Source: Verrucomicrobiales bacterium (GTDB lineage Bacteria; Verrucomicrobiota; Verrucomicrobiia; Limisphaerales; UBA1100). From it: 58,693 nt of DNA. The stretch is from assembly GCA_038139415.1 (NCBI GenBank), contig JAYOSV010000001.1, forward strand, positions 35,743 to 94,435, given 5' to 3'. The notes under the pieces were generated by a model. The model ran no database searches. It had not been told where the DNA came from and saw nothing but the letters and a program-made list of their open reading frames with translations. Made by a program: the position numbers and the translations under genes. Positions 18,970 to 30,797 of the stretch are shown here, piece after piece (within the stretch, counting starts at the first letter, position 1; each line of letters begins with the position of its first letter).

Positions 18970-19974
18970 ATGATGAAACGATTTGGAATTTTGCTAGGTT
19001 GCCTGACGGCCTTGAGTCAATGGAGCTCAGCGGCGGATCAAATTGCTTGGTTCGGCACTTGGAAAGGCGGCTTGGCCGAGGCAGAGCGCACGGGGAAGCC
19101 TATTCTGCTGATTTCTGCTGCGCCACAGTGCCACAATGTGCCGGGGGTGTGGTGACCGGGCAAGACCAGCATGGACAGGAGTTTCCTGGCCGATCAAGAC
19201 GTTATCGCCGCTTCTCGGAAGTTCGTTTGCATTCGCTTGGCTACCTACGAGAACGCCGATGAAAACGAAGTGCTCAAGGGTGTATTTGCCCCTGGAGGAG
19301 TCCTGCAAAACACAGTATTTTCCCTAATGAGCCCAGATGGGCGCACATCATTGGTGCGAGCCGGGCGCAGTCCTGCATGGGCTTTTGGTGGGCAAGTGGG
19401 TCGCGGGATTCATCAACAACCGGCTGAGGTAATCGGTAAAATGGCACAAACTATGGAAGCCATTGCCTTAGCGTACCCTGGCAAAGATCAGCCCGTTGGC
19501 CGCGTGCCGCTGCCTTACCTCGCGGACCTCAGGCTGGCCCTGAATGTTGCGGCAGCTGACCGTCTGCCCTTGGTGGCAGTGTTTGGCAACTCAGAGCAGC
19601 GTAAACAGTTGGAACAGAAACTGGAACCTTTGGCTTGGTCTGATGAATTTCTAGGACGTGCCCTGTATGTGCCGGTGAATCACCCGGAAGAATTTAAGGC
19701 GATCAGTGGATTGAAAACTAAAGCCGGTTATGTAGTGATCCAGCCGGACATATTTGGCCTAAAGGGTAAGGTGATTAAGGAAATTCCAATCCAGTCTACT
19801 GCCGCCCAGGTTAAGCAGTCTCTGTCCATGGCAGTAGGGCAGCATCAGCCTAGTACTTTGACCTACGAACAACACCGGAGTCAGGGTGCAGACGCCGGAC
19901 AGCGCTGGGAAAGCAAAACCCCCAATACCGACGGGATTGGCCGAAGCCGGTTCGGTCCGCGCCCGCGCCCCTAA
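18970..19974 (+). CDS. exported thioredoxin-fold selenoprotein (334 aa; UGA at 19153-19155 read as Sec62)
   Basis: track ORFs 18970-19155 and 19171-19974 are in one frame; the join reads IAW..GLAEAERTGKPILLISAAPQCHNVPGVW-U-PGKTSMDRSFLADQDVIAASRKFVCIRL, a continuous Trx-fold pattern; SECIS-like hairpin downstream. Confidence 0.8.
19156..19218 (+). promoter_or_regulatory. bacterial SECIS-like stem-loop
   Basis: AU-GG-a-CAGGA-GUU-UCCUG-g-CC-g-AU upper stem, loop G at 19181 (26 nt after UGA); possible lower stem CCGGG(19156)/CUCGG(19214). Confidence 0.65.
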
Positions 19975-19977
19975 GGC

Positions 19978-21279
19978 ATGTGGCGGGCGATTGGAATTTT
20001 GGTATATGGGCTAGCGGGATCGTCGGGATTTCTAATTGCTGACACGGATCGGCCGTCCCGCCCGAACATCGTCCTGCTGGTTTCCGATGACATGGGCTGG
20101 AATGATGTGGGGTATCACCAGAGCCGAATTTCTACGCCGCATATCGATCAACTGGCACGGGAAGGCATTCGCTTAAACCGATTCTATGTGCACCCTGTTT
20201 GTAGTCCCACCCGAACGGCGTTGATGACCGGCCGATTGCCGGCGCGCATGGGTATCACGGGCGTGATCGGGCGCGCGGGTAGCGTGCCAAAGGATGAAGA
20301 CTTTTTACCGGAATGGATGCATCAGGCGGGTTATCAGACTTTCATGGCCGGAAAATGGCACCTTGGCATGATCGATCGCTCTAGTCTTCCTAGTGCGCGC
20401 GGTTTTGATCAGTTTTTTGGTTTCTATGGTGGCGGCATTAACTACTACGCCACGGTTGGATCCCGCCACTCCGGTTGGTATCGCAACGGCCAGTCGGCAG
20501 CCGTAGAGGGGTACTCCACGGACCTGATTGCGTCCGAGGCGATTGAACGCCTGCAAAGACGGGACAAGAACCGGCCGGTGTTTCTGTACGTCGCCTTCAA
20601 TGCTCCTCATCCGCCGGCTCAGGCACCGGAGAGGTTGATCCAGAAATATCAGCGACTTGGCTTCACTGGCCGTCGCTTGAGTCATGCCGGTGCGATAGAG
20701 GCCATGGACGCCGCCATTGGTCGAATCCTGACCACTCTGAAATCCGAAGGCATGGAGCGTGACACGCTCGTCATGTTTTTTTGCGATAACGGTTCCGGCT
20801 TAAGTCGTCGAATGCCGCAGTTCGAGCCGGGTCAACTTAAATTGCGCGGCGGCAAAGGTACGCTGCAGGAGGGCGGTATCCGCGTGCCGGCTGTGATGCG
20901 TTGGCCAGCGACCATCAGGTCTGGTGCCACGACTGATCAACTCATGGCCGTTCAGGATTTGTTACCCACATTGGCGGCCTTGGCGGCAGTTCCTCTAAAA
21001 CCCGCTAAACCGTTGGATGGCGTGAACTGTTGGCCGGCCATTCGAGATCGGAAACCCATCGAGCGGCCACCCGTGATTGTGGGTGGAGAAGGCGGCGGGT
21101 TTGCCGTGCTTGATGGGAAATGGAAATTGATCTGGGACTCAGTAGGTTTGAACCTATTCGATATTGTACGAGACCCGATCGAGGCGCACGATCTGTCCGC
21201 TGAGCAACCGTTAAAAGCGGCGGAATTGGCCGATCGGTTAAGGCCGATTCATCAGGCAATGAAGGAACTGAATCCATGA
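19978..21279 (+). CDS. arylsulfatase (Cys-type formylglycine sulfatase)
   Basis: [24 protein letters not shown] (CxPxR), [26 protein letters not shown]. Confidence 0.93.
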   Translation: MWRAIGILVYGLAGSSGFLIADTDRPSRPNIVLLVSDDMGWNDVGYHQSRISTPHIDQLAREGIRLNRFYVHPVCSPTRTALMTGRLPARMGITGVIGRAGSVPKDEDFLPEWMHQAGYQTFMAGKWHLGMIDRSSLPSARGFDQFFGFYGGGINYYATVGSRHSGWYRNGQSAAVEGYSTDLIASEAIERLQRRDKNRPVFLYVAFNAPHPPAQAPERLIQKYQRLGFTGRRLSHAGAIEAMDAAIGRILTTLKSEGMERDTLVMFFCDNGSGLSRRMPQFEPGQLKLRGGKGTLQEGGIRVPAVMRWPATIRSGATTDQLMAVQDLLPTLAALAAVPLKPAKPLDGVNCWPAIRDRKPIERPPVIVGGEGGGFAVLDGKWKLIWDSVGLNLFDIVRDPIEAHDLSAEQPLKAAELADRLRPIHQAMKELNP

Positions 21280-22436
21280 CCAAAAATACTGTAATCATTG
21301 GGGTCGCGATTGTGGCGGGCATTATCTCTCCTGAAACCGAGGCTCAACCGAAGGGCCGCGGGGGTGCTCCTCGCGAAGAAGCCCTCAAGGAGCCGTTTAA
21401 GGGTGTCTATTATCTGGATGTGCCGCCGGCCAACTTGTTTCCAATCCGCAAAACCGGCGTCAGCACAGAACCAGTGCGGCAGGCGGCCAAGGCGTTTTTG
21501 GTAAGTCTGACTCCGGCTGATCGAAAAAAAACCCTATTTGGCGTTGATGACTTGGAATGGCGTAAGTGGGACAACCGCCATCGTTATGTGCGGCAGGGCA
21601 AGGGGTTTAATACGATGACCGAAGGACAACGCGAGTTGGCGTTTAACTTGTTGAAAGCCAGCCTCAGTGCCGACGGACTAAAGCAGACGCGCGACATCAT
21701 GAAGCTCAACGGCACGCTGGCGGAGTTGACGCAGCGCTTTGAGGAGTACGGCCAATGGTTGTATTGGATCACGATCATGGGCGAACCCAGCGCCACCAAA
21801 CCGTGGGGCTGGCAACTCGATGGGCATCACGTAGTGATCAATTACTTTGTACTCGGCGATCAGGTAGTCATGAGCCCGGTATTCATGGGATCTGAACCGG
21901 TGAAAGCCGAGGGCGGTCAATTCAAGGGAGCGGAGGTGTGTCAGGCCGAGCAGGACAAGGGGTTGGCGTTCCTCCAGATGCTCGATGCCGAACAGCGGGC
22001 AAAGGCAATCGTGGGGGATGCCAAGGGCCCAACTAATAATATCGGCGAGGCGTTTCGCGACAATCAGGTGCTCGATTATATGGGTATTCGCGGCGATGCC
22101 TTAACGGCTCCGCAACAGGAGAAGTTACTGGAATTGATCGGCTTGTATGTGGGGCACATGGCTGAAGGCCACGCCAAAGTGAAGCTGGCGGATGTGAAGA
22201 AACATATGGACAGCACTTATTTCGGATGGCTGGGTGGGACGGGGAAGGAGAGCGTGTTTTACTATCGCATCCAGAGTCCCGTGATTCTGATCGAGTTTGA
22301 TCACCAGCGCCCGATTGCCCTAGCCCGGTCACGTGTCCCCACGCGTCAGCACATCCACACTGTAATTCGAACACCAAACGGGAACGATTACGGCAAGGAC
22401 CTGCTCCGGCAGCATTACCGGCAGCATCACCGTTAA
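21276..22436 (+). CDS. DUF3500 domain protein, exported
   Basis: signal peptide; [45 protein letters not shown] overlap with sulfatase. Confidence 0.88.
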   Translation: MTKNTVIIGVAIVAGIISPETEAQPKGRGGAPREEALKEPFKGVYYLDVPPANLFPIRKTGVSTEPVRQAAKAFLVSLTPADRKKTLFGVDDLEWRKWDNRHRYVRQGKGFNTMTEGQRELAFNLLKASLSADGLKQTRDIMKLNGTLAELTQRFEEYGQWLYWITIMGEPSATKPWGWQLDGHHVVINYFVLGDQVVMSPVFMGSEPVKAEGGQFKGAEVCQAEQDKGLAFLQMLDAEQRAKAIVGDAKGPTNNIGEAFRDNQVLDYMGIRGDALTAPQQEKLLELIGLYVGHMAEGHAKVKLADVKKHMDSTYFGWLGGTGKESVFYYRIQSPVILIEFDHQRPIALARSRVPTRQHIHTVIRTPNGNDYGKDLLRQHYRQHHR

Positions 22437-22449
22437 CGACCGCGCTCGG

Positions 22450-24975
22450 TTAATTCCCCTTCGCCTTTAACAACGCACGAATCTTGGCGGGGTCCTGTCG
22501 GCCCAACGGTAGCGGCCAGTCGAGGGTGTCTTTATTGGGCTGGAATCCGTTGCCGTCGGTGTCCACCCAAATGGGGTTGATGTAGGCGCAGGGTTTGAGA
22601 CTTGCGTTGGTGCTGGTGCCGTAGCCGGTTTTGAGATCGGCGTTTTCGCCCATGGCCACGACGATGAGGTGGGTGTCTTCCTTGAGATCCAAGCTGAACG
22701 TGGTTTCAAACACCGTGGGTGTCTTTTTGAACATTTTAGGGTTTTTCTCAGCGGTGATATTCAGGTTCGGATCCTGTCGGCCATTGACGAGGACCTGCAC
22801 GCGGTTGATGTGCACCCAGTCGGTGCATTGGATTTTCACCTTTAGATTCACCTTGCCGTCCTTGACGGTGATATCGCTGCCGGGAAGGGCGCCGTTGGCT
22901 GTTGCTTCCAGAAACGGACCGGTGGTGAGCATTAGCCGGCCGGCCTTGGCGTTGCGGATGATTTCGTCCGGATCAATCTTGGCCGGCGAATCGGTGCTGC
23001 TGGGGATGTAAGTGCGCCAGCCACCTACGCCGTTGCCGTAAACAGAATGAGCGTCGGCCACGGCAATGGCCCGCGTGCGGTAGCCTTGGTTGAGCATTTG
23101 CAGCCAGATAAACTCGCGCACTTCGCGCACGCTTTCTCGCGTGCCGCGCCGGTAAAGAGTCCACGGGGCGGTGGCTAGAATGTTGTTGCCCCGGAAGTTC
23201 TGAGACTCAAAGGCGTCGATGTATTGTTCGTAGCCGGCAAAACCGCCGTCGGCCTTGCCATCGAGATTGCGGTCCCAGAATTTCTCGGTGAGGTTGGGAT
23301 GGTTGATGTGCACCCAGCGGTTGGGATTCCAGCCGCCGTGGTTTTGCAGGACGATGGCATTGAGCCGCGGGTCGTTCTGGAATACGGGCGCGCCGCCGTC
23401 CTGCGCATAAGGCTGGGGCGCGGGTAAGGGAAAGGCATTGTGATGCGATCCGGCACCACCACCGGTGAGCTCGAGCCCGACGATGGTGCGGAGATACTCG
23501 GTGAGCCCGAGTTTTTTGATGTGGGGCGTCCAGTCGTAGAGGCGATTGTGCTCGGTGGTGGGCGCAAATTCGATGTGTTCTGCGGCGAGATTGATCAGGC
23601 GGTCGTCCGTGCCGCACTGGTTGTCACCGCTGGGCGTGGAATGGTTGTGGAAATCCGTGCTCACCCAGCCGGCGGTGTTGACCAATCGCTTAAGGCTACC
23701 ACTCACAGCCGCAAATTCACCGGTCTTCACGGTGACTTCGCGCACGAGATGATTGTGCTCAATGCCGCGGGTGATGACCAATCGATACGTACCCGGATCC
23801 AGCGCCACGTTAAACTTGCCCGTCTCCGAGTGCCATTGATCCACGCAACCGTGTGCGCGGTTTTGCGGGCCGAGATTAGGGGTCGCCGTGCCGTTGAGGC
23901 CGCTGAACTGCACCTTGCAGGGGATGGAGTTGCCGCTGGTATCGGTGATGTCCAACACGACCCCGGAGAGGGCGGAGAGCTTCTCGTTGATTACAGAGGC
24001 TTGATTGCTCTTTAGGGTCACTTTGCGCTCTACAGGGGTTCGACCGCGGTCGGTGATGCGCACGCCGTATTCCCCGTCGGGCAGGTACACGGAAAATTTC
24101 CCCTGGCCCAAAGGGTATCCCGGTAGCGTTTCATTGCTGTGGCGGATTTCGAAAGTGGCGTCATTCACGGGTTGTCCGACAGGGTCTTTCAGTTCGCCGG
24201 CCAGCAGGTTTTTGGTGGGCGTAGCGTACACAAAGGCTTCACTTACCGCGGCGGCGGGTGAATTGGCCACGGCAAGGAAGCGCGTGTACGTGGCCGTCTC
24301 GCCCGACTTGAGGGACAGAGATCCCGGGTTTGACGCGATGCCGCTGCGGCGTTGGCCATTGACCCAGACGGCGGCGTAACTACCGCGATCGGCCGGGTCT
24401 ACTGCATCAATCCAGCGCACGCCCTGGAACGTGCCGCGTTTGCCGGAGGGTTTCCAGTAGTCATCCACACTCCCGCTGCGGGCTTCCTTGGAATCGTTGC
24501 GGTAGGTGGTGGTGATCAAAACACCGCGGGACATGGAGTCCAGTCGGTACACATGTTTTTTGTAAAGCCCCTTGTTGCGTTCGGCGGCCACCACCACCTC
24601 AATCTCCGCCACGGCATCGGCCCCGGAACCGCCGGCTTGGGCAATACGAATGTGCGAGATTTCGCCGCGCTGACTGCCGGGGGCAAAGATGGTGAGCTGG
24701 TCGTTTTGGCGCTTGTTAAGAGTGAGGTCATAAAGACACCCGGGCGTGATGCCGCCGGTGCCGTAAAAGGTACTCATGTTGGCCCGGCGCAGGGGTTGGT
24801 TGCCGGAAATGACGGCGGTGACGTGGTCATTGCGCAATATGAAATCGCCGATGATGCCGTCGGCTTCCTTTCCTTCGGGCAATTGATCGGTATTGCTCGA
24901 ACCGACCTCGAAAGCTTCCACGGCGGCTTGGGTGGTAAAGGACATGGTAAACAGGAATAACAGCAGGGTTCTCAT
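22450..24975 (-). CDS. CehA/McbA-type (PHP-domain) metallohydrolase, exported
   Basis: signal peptide; DFHNHS, TEHN, GLEL, HHN, INHP, ADAH metal-ligand motifs after beta-sandwich domains. Confidence 0.8.
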   Translation of the reverse strand: MRTLLLFLFTMSFTTQAAVEAFEVGSSNTDQLPEGKEADGIIGDFILRNDHVTAVISGNQPLRRANMSTFYGTGGITPGCLYDLTLNKRQNDQLTIFAPGSQRGEISHIRIAQAGGSGADAVAEIEVVVAAERNKGLYKKHVYRLDSMSRGVLITTTYRNDSKEARSGSVDDYWKPSGKRGTFQGVRWIDAVDPADRGSYAAVWVNGQRRSGIASNPGSLSLKSGETATYTRFLAVANSPAAAVSEAFVYATPTKNLLAGELKDPVGQPVNDATFEIRHSNETLPGYPLGQGKFSVYLPDGEYGVRITDRGRTPVERKVTLKSNQASVINEKLSALSGVVLDITDTSGNSIPCKVQFSGLNGTATPNLGPQNRAHGCVDQWHSETGKFNVALDPGTYRLVITRGIEHNHLVREVTVKTGEFAAVSGSLKRLVNTAGWVSTDFHNHSTPSGDNQCGTDDRLINLAAEHIEFAPTTEHNRLYDWTPHIKKLGLTEYLRTIVGLELTGGGAGSHHNAFPLPAPQPYAQDGGAPVFQNDPRLNAIVLQNHGGWNPNRWVHINHPNLTEKFWDRNLDGKADGGFAGYEQYIDAFESQNFRGNNILATAPWTLYRRGTRESVREVREFIWLQMLNQGYRTRAIAVADAHSVYGNGVGGWRTYIPSSTDSPAKIDPDEIIRNAKAGRLMLTTGPFLEATANGALPGSDITVKDGKVNLKVKIQCTDWVHINRVQVLVNGRQDPNLNITAEKNPKMFKKTPTVFETTFSLDLKEDTHLIVVAMGENADLKTGYGTSTNASLKPCAYINPIWVDTDGNGFQPNKDTLDWPLPLGRQDPAKIRALLKAKGN

Positions 24976-25086
24976 GGAGTGAAGAACAGTGGCATTTTGC
25001 AGGCATGAAGCAAGGCAGAATCATTACTTAATTCGATCCTTTGCGGCTTTGCTTTTAGAGGCACTTTTGCTAAAAGGCCCGCCCCC

Positions 25087-28000
25087 ATGGCTAGGAAACC
25101 AAAGAAGACTGAACCATCGGCAGATGGGCCGATGAAATTGATGGCGGCCAACCGCAGCGAGATCGCCATCCGTATTTTCCGCGCCGCCACGGAGATGAAC
25201 ATGCGCACCGTGGCAATATACGCGCAGGAGGATCGTCTGGCTGTGCACCGTTTCAAGGCGGATGAAGCCTATCTGGTGGGTGTGGGCAAGGGCCCGGTGG
25301 GCGCGTATCTGGATATTGAGGGCATCGTGGAGATGGCCAAGGAGCGCGGGGTGAATTACATCCATCCCGGCTACGGATTTCTGGCGGAGAACGCCGACTT
25401 TGCCGAGGCCTGCGCCAAGGCAGGACTCACCTTTGTGGGGCCACGCCCGGAGTTGCTGCGCAAGATGGGCGACAAAACTGAGGCGCGTGCGTTGGCCAAG
25501 GCAGCCGGCGTGCCAATTCTGCCCGGCACCGATGATCCCATCACCACCCGCGCCAAGGCGGTGAAGGTGGCCAAAGACATTGGGTTCCCGCTGATCATCA
25601 AGGCGGCCTTTGGCGGCGGCGGACGCGGCATGCGTGTGGTGCACAAGGCTAAGGATCTGGAGCGGCTGCTCGATGAAGCTCGCGGCGAGGCCGATCGGGC
25701 GTTTGGTAATTCCGCAGTGTTCCTTGAGAAATACGTACCGCGTGCCAAGCACATTGAAGTGCAGATTCTGGGTGACCAACACGGCAACGTGTTGCACCTG
25801 TACGAGCGCGATTGCTCCGTTCAACGACGGCACCAAAAGGTGGTGGAGATTGCCCCCAGCGTGGCGCTGGATGAAACGGTGCGCAGCGAGCTTTGCACAG
25901 CGGCCGTGGAGCTGGCTCAGCACATTAAGTACGACAACGCCGGCACCATGGAGTTCCTGTACGACATGGACTCCAAGAAGTGGTACTTCATCGAAATGAA
26001 CCCGCGCATTCAGGTGGAGCACACGGTCACCGAAGTGGTGACCGGCATAGACCTTGTGCGGGCGCAGATTCAGGTGGCGCAAGGGCAGGAACTGCACGGG
26101 GACGTAATGCAGTTGCCCAAGCAAAAGAAGGTGCCTTGTGTTGGCCACGCCGTGCAGGCGCGTGTGACCACGGAGGATCCTGCCAATAATTTCACACCCG
26201 ATTATGGGCGCATCATTGCCTACCGCTCGGCTGCCGGGTTCGGGCTGCGACTGGACGGCGGTCAGGGCGATGCGGGCAGTGTGATCACGCCGTTTTATGA
26301 TTCGTTGCTGGTCAAGATCACCGCCAGCGGCATGAGCTTCCCGATTGCGCTTGATCGTATGGACCGCGCGCTGAAGGAATTTCGGATTCGCGGCGTGCAG
26401 ACGAACATTCCGTTCATCGAAAACGTCATCAAGAATGAGACCTTCCGCACGGGGCAGGCGAGTACGACGTTGATCGATACCACGCCGGAACTCTTCACCT
26501 TCCGGCCGCGCCGCGATCGCGCGAACCGGTTGCTTAAGTACATTGGAGATGTGGTGGTGAACGGCAATCCGCAGGCCAAGGGCTTCGAGGTGAAGGAGCC
26601 GTTTGCGCCAATCGCGGAGCCGGCCTATAACGGCGATCAGGATCCGCCCGCGGGCACACGCCAAATTTTGCTGGAGCAGGGTGCGGAGAAATTCGCCACC
26701 TGGGCGCGTAAGGAAAAGCGCCTGCTGATCACCGACACTACCCTGCGCGACGCGCATCAAAGCCTGTTCGCCACGCGCATGCGCACAGAGGATATGCTCA
26801 ATGCTGCGGACGCCATCGCGCGCCGGACGCCGGGCTTGTTCAGCCTCGAGATGTGGGGCGGAGCGACGTTTGACACGGCCATGCGTTTCCTGCGCGAGGA
26901 TCCGTGGCAACGCCTGCGTCAACTGCGCGAGGCCGTGCCGAACATTTGTTTCCAAATGCTCTTCCGCGGCTCCAACGCCGTGGGCTACTCGGATTATCCG
27001 GACAACGTCGTGAAGGCGTTCGTGAAACATTCGGCCGAGAATGGCATGGATATTTTCCGAATTTTCGATTCGCTCAATTACCTGCCCAACCTTAAGGCCG
27101 CGATGGAGGCCGTGCGCGAAACACACGCGGTCTGTGAAGGTACGATCTGTTACACCGGCAATATCCTCGACGATCAACGCGACAAATATCCGCTCGAGTA
27201 CTACGTGAAGCTTGCGAAGGAACTCGAGAAGATGGGCGCCCATACCCTGTGCATCAAGGACATGGCCGGCCTGTGTCGGCCGTACGCCGCACAGAAGCTG
27301 GTGAAAACCCTGCGGCAGGAGGTGGGTTTGCCGATTCATTTCCACACGCACGACACCAGCGGCGTGAATGCCGCTTCTGTGCTCAAGGCCACCGAGGCCG
27401 GCGTGGACATTGCCGACCTGGCCATTGCGTCCCTATCCGGTTCCACTAGCCAGCCGAATCTCAACAGCGTGGTGGCCGCGCTGGATCACACGCCGCGCGA
27501 GACCGGTTTGGATCTCGGTACACTGAATGAATTCTCCGATTACTGGGAGGCCGTGCGACGCGTGTACGCGCCCTTTGATACGGGCCCACGCAGTGGTATT
27601 GGAGATATTTACGAGCACGAAATGCCCGGCGGCCAGTACACCAACCTGCGCGAGCAAGCCGAGAGTATGGGCCTTGGCGCGCGCTGGAAGGAAGTGGCCC
27701 GCACTTACGCCGAGGTCAACGATCTCTTTGGCGACATCGTGAAGGTGACCCCCTCCAGCAAGGTGGTGGGCGACATGACGATGTTTCTTGTCACCCGCGG
27801 CATCAAGCCGGCGGATGTGGTGAACCTCGAGCCTGGCGCCACGCCGTTCCCGCAATCGGTTATCGACATGATGAAAGGTCGCCTAGGTAAACCCGTGGGC
27901 GGCTGGCCGCGCAAGGTGCAGAGGGTGGTGCTCGGAAAACAGAAGCCGCTCAAGGGCCGCCCCGGTACAGATCTCAAGCCGCTGAACTTCGAGCGCACGC

Positions 28001-28572
28001 GCAAGAAGGTTGAAGAAGAGATCAGTCGCAAGGTCAACGACGATGATTTGCTTAGCTACCTCATGTATCCGGAGGTTTTCAAGGACTACAACAAGTTCCG
28101 CCGCCAATACGGTGATGTGTCCGTGCTGCCCAGTTCTACTTACTTTTACGGGCTGCAGCTCGGCGAGGAAATCACCGTAGACATCGAGGAAGGTAAGACG
28201 CTCTACATCAAACTTATCAATGTCAGCGATGCCGATGAAGAAGGCGTGCGCACGTTAACCTTCGAGTTGAACGGATACCCGCGCGAAGTGGAGATTGCCG
28301 ATGCATCCATGAACGTGCTGGAAAGGGCTATTGCCACGGCTGATCCGGGCAACGACCTCCATGTCGGCGCGCCCATCCCGGGCATCATCACCGAGGTGGC
28401 CGTGGGCATCGGCGCCAAGGTGGCCAAGGGCGACAAGCTGTTGACCATGGAGGCCATGAAAATGCAGACGACCGTGTACGCCGCGGCCGATGGCGTGGTG
28501 GACAAGATCAACGTCGGTATCGGTGAATCGGTCGAAAGCAAAGACCTCATCATGGAATTGCGCGAAGCGTAA
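25087..28572 (+). CDS. pyc: pyruvate carboxylase (single-chain BC-CT-BCCP)
   Basis: ANRSEIAIR, HPGYGFLAEN, ERDCSVQRRHQK, DTTLRDAHQS, HFHTHDTSG, biotin site EAMKM. Confidence 0.97.
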   Translation: MARKPKKTEPSADGPMKLMAANRSEIAIRIFRAATEMNMRTVAIYAQEDRLAVHRFKADEAYLVGVGKGPVGAYLDIEGIVEMAKERGVNYIHPGYGFLAENADFAEACAKAGLTFVGPRPELLRKMGDKTEARALAKAAGVPILPGTDDPITTRAKAVKVAKDIGFPLIIKAAFGGGGRGMRVVHKAKDLERLLDEARGEADRAFGNSAVFLEKYVPRAKHIEVQILGDQHGNVLHLYERDCSVQRRHQKVVEIAPSVALDETVRSELCTAAVELAQHIKYDNAGTMEFLYDMDSKKWYFIEMNPRIQVEHTVTEVVTGIDLVRAQIQVAQGQELHGDVMQLPKQKKVPCVGHAVQARVTTEDPANNFTPDYGRIIAYRSAAGFGLRLDGGQGDAGSVITPFYDSLLVKITASGMSFPIALDRMDRALKEFRIRGVQTNIPFIENVIKNETFRTGQASTTLIDTTPELFTFRPRRDRANRLLKYIGDVVVNGNPQAKGFEVKEPFAPIAEPAYNGDQDPPAGTRQILLEQGAEKFATWARKEKRLLITDTTLRDAHQSLFATRMRTEDMLNAADAIARRTPGLFSLEMWGGATFDTAMRFLREDPWQRLRQLREAVPNICFQMLFRGSNAVGYSDYPDNVVKAFVKHSAENGMDIFRIFDSLNYLPNLKAAMEAVRETHAVCEGTICYTGNILDDQRDKYPLEYYVKLAKELEKMGAHTLCIKDMAGLCRPYAAQKLVKTLRQEVGLPIHFHTHDTSGVNAASVLKATEAGVDIADLAIASLSGSTSQPNLNSVVAALDHTPRETGLDLGTLNEFSDYWEAVRRVYAPFDTGPRSGIGDIYEHEMPGGQYTNLREQAESMGLGARWKEVARTYAEVNDLFGDIVKVTPSSKVVGDMTMFLVTRGIKPADVVNLEPGATPFPQSVIDMMKGRLGKPVGGWPRKVQRVVLGKQKPLKGRPGTDLKPLNFERTRKKVEEEISRKVNDDDLLSYLMYPEVFKDYNKFRRQYGDVSVLPSSTYFYGLQLGEEITVDIEEGKTLYIKLINVSDADEEGVRTLTFELNGYPREVEIADASMNVLERAIATADPGNDLHVGAPIPGIITEVAVGIGAKVAKGDKLLTMEAMKMQTTVYAAADGVVDKINVGIGESVESKDLIMELREA

Positions 28573-28829
28573 GTCAGCGCGTTCGAAATTTTAGATAGCG
28601 CGTTCCGGCGTGGGTCTTCTCAATCTGCCCAACTAGGGTTCGCTTTGAATGTGACGTACGACCAACATGCCGTTGGCCGTAGCGATATGAAAGTTTTTCG
28701 CCGGAAATTGCGGTCCAATTCATGGGGCACGGCATCCATACAGGAAGATCCAGAGCGCCACACAGGAAGGCGCTGCGGCGTTTCACCCGGCCAGTGATCG
28801 TAGTGGCTGGATTATTCCAAGGTTATTCA

Positions 28830-28856
28830 CGTAACCTACATACGCGGAATGCGTCT
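28830..28856 (+). promoter_or_regulatory. ECF sigma-type promoter upstream of gspE cluster
   Basis: CGTAAC-ctacatacgcggaatg(16)-CGTCT in intergenic DNA. Confidence 0.55.
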
Positions 28857-28976
28857 AATTGGCGAGTGAGTTAAGCGCTGGATCGGCCTGAGATTTGCCG
28901 ATAATGGCGTGATGTTTGAGGTAACTGAACACGTTTTGAGCTTGCTGAGCCCGATATAAATGTTAGTTTTTCACCA

Positions 28977-29001
28977 CGCCTCAATAACTTGAGGCGGTTT
29001 T
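28977..29001 (+). terminator. terminator/attenuator-like hairpin in gspE leader
   Basis: CGCCTCAA-TAAC-TTGAGGCG perfect 8-bp stem followed by GTTTT. Confidence 0.4.
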
Positions 29002-29048
29002 CCATGGGGGGAAACGCAAGGGGGCTCGGCAACGGGTAGGGCGTTTGG

Positions 29049-30796
<1,748 letters not shown>

Positions 30797-30797
<1 letters not shown>

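Noticed and set aside
18970..19974. Two separate hypothetical genes, or genome-wide UGA recoding (code 4 or 25)
   Set aside because: The halves form one continuous Trx-fold pattern in frame. Many other genes end at TGA with ATGA coupling, so UGA is normally a stop.
25024..27351. 775-aa minus-strand ORF
   Set aside because: Antisense shadow of GC3-biased pyc; no recognisable motifs
28574..28786. 70-aa minus-strand ORF after pyc
   Set aside because: No motif, RBS or typical codon bias; cannot be supported
28990..29045. c-di-GMP-I riboswitch upstream of gspE
   Set aside because: Only a superficial ACGCAAG similarity; the conserved P1/P2/P3 elements are not present
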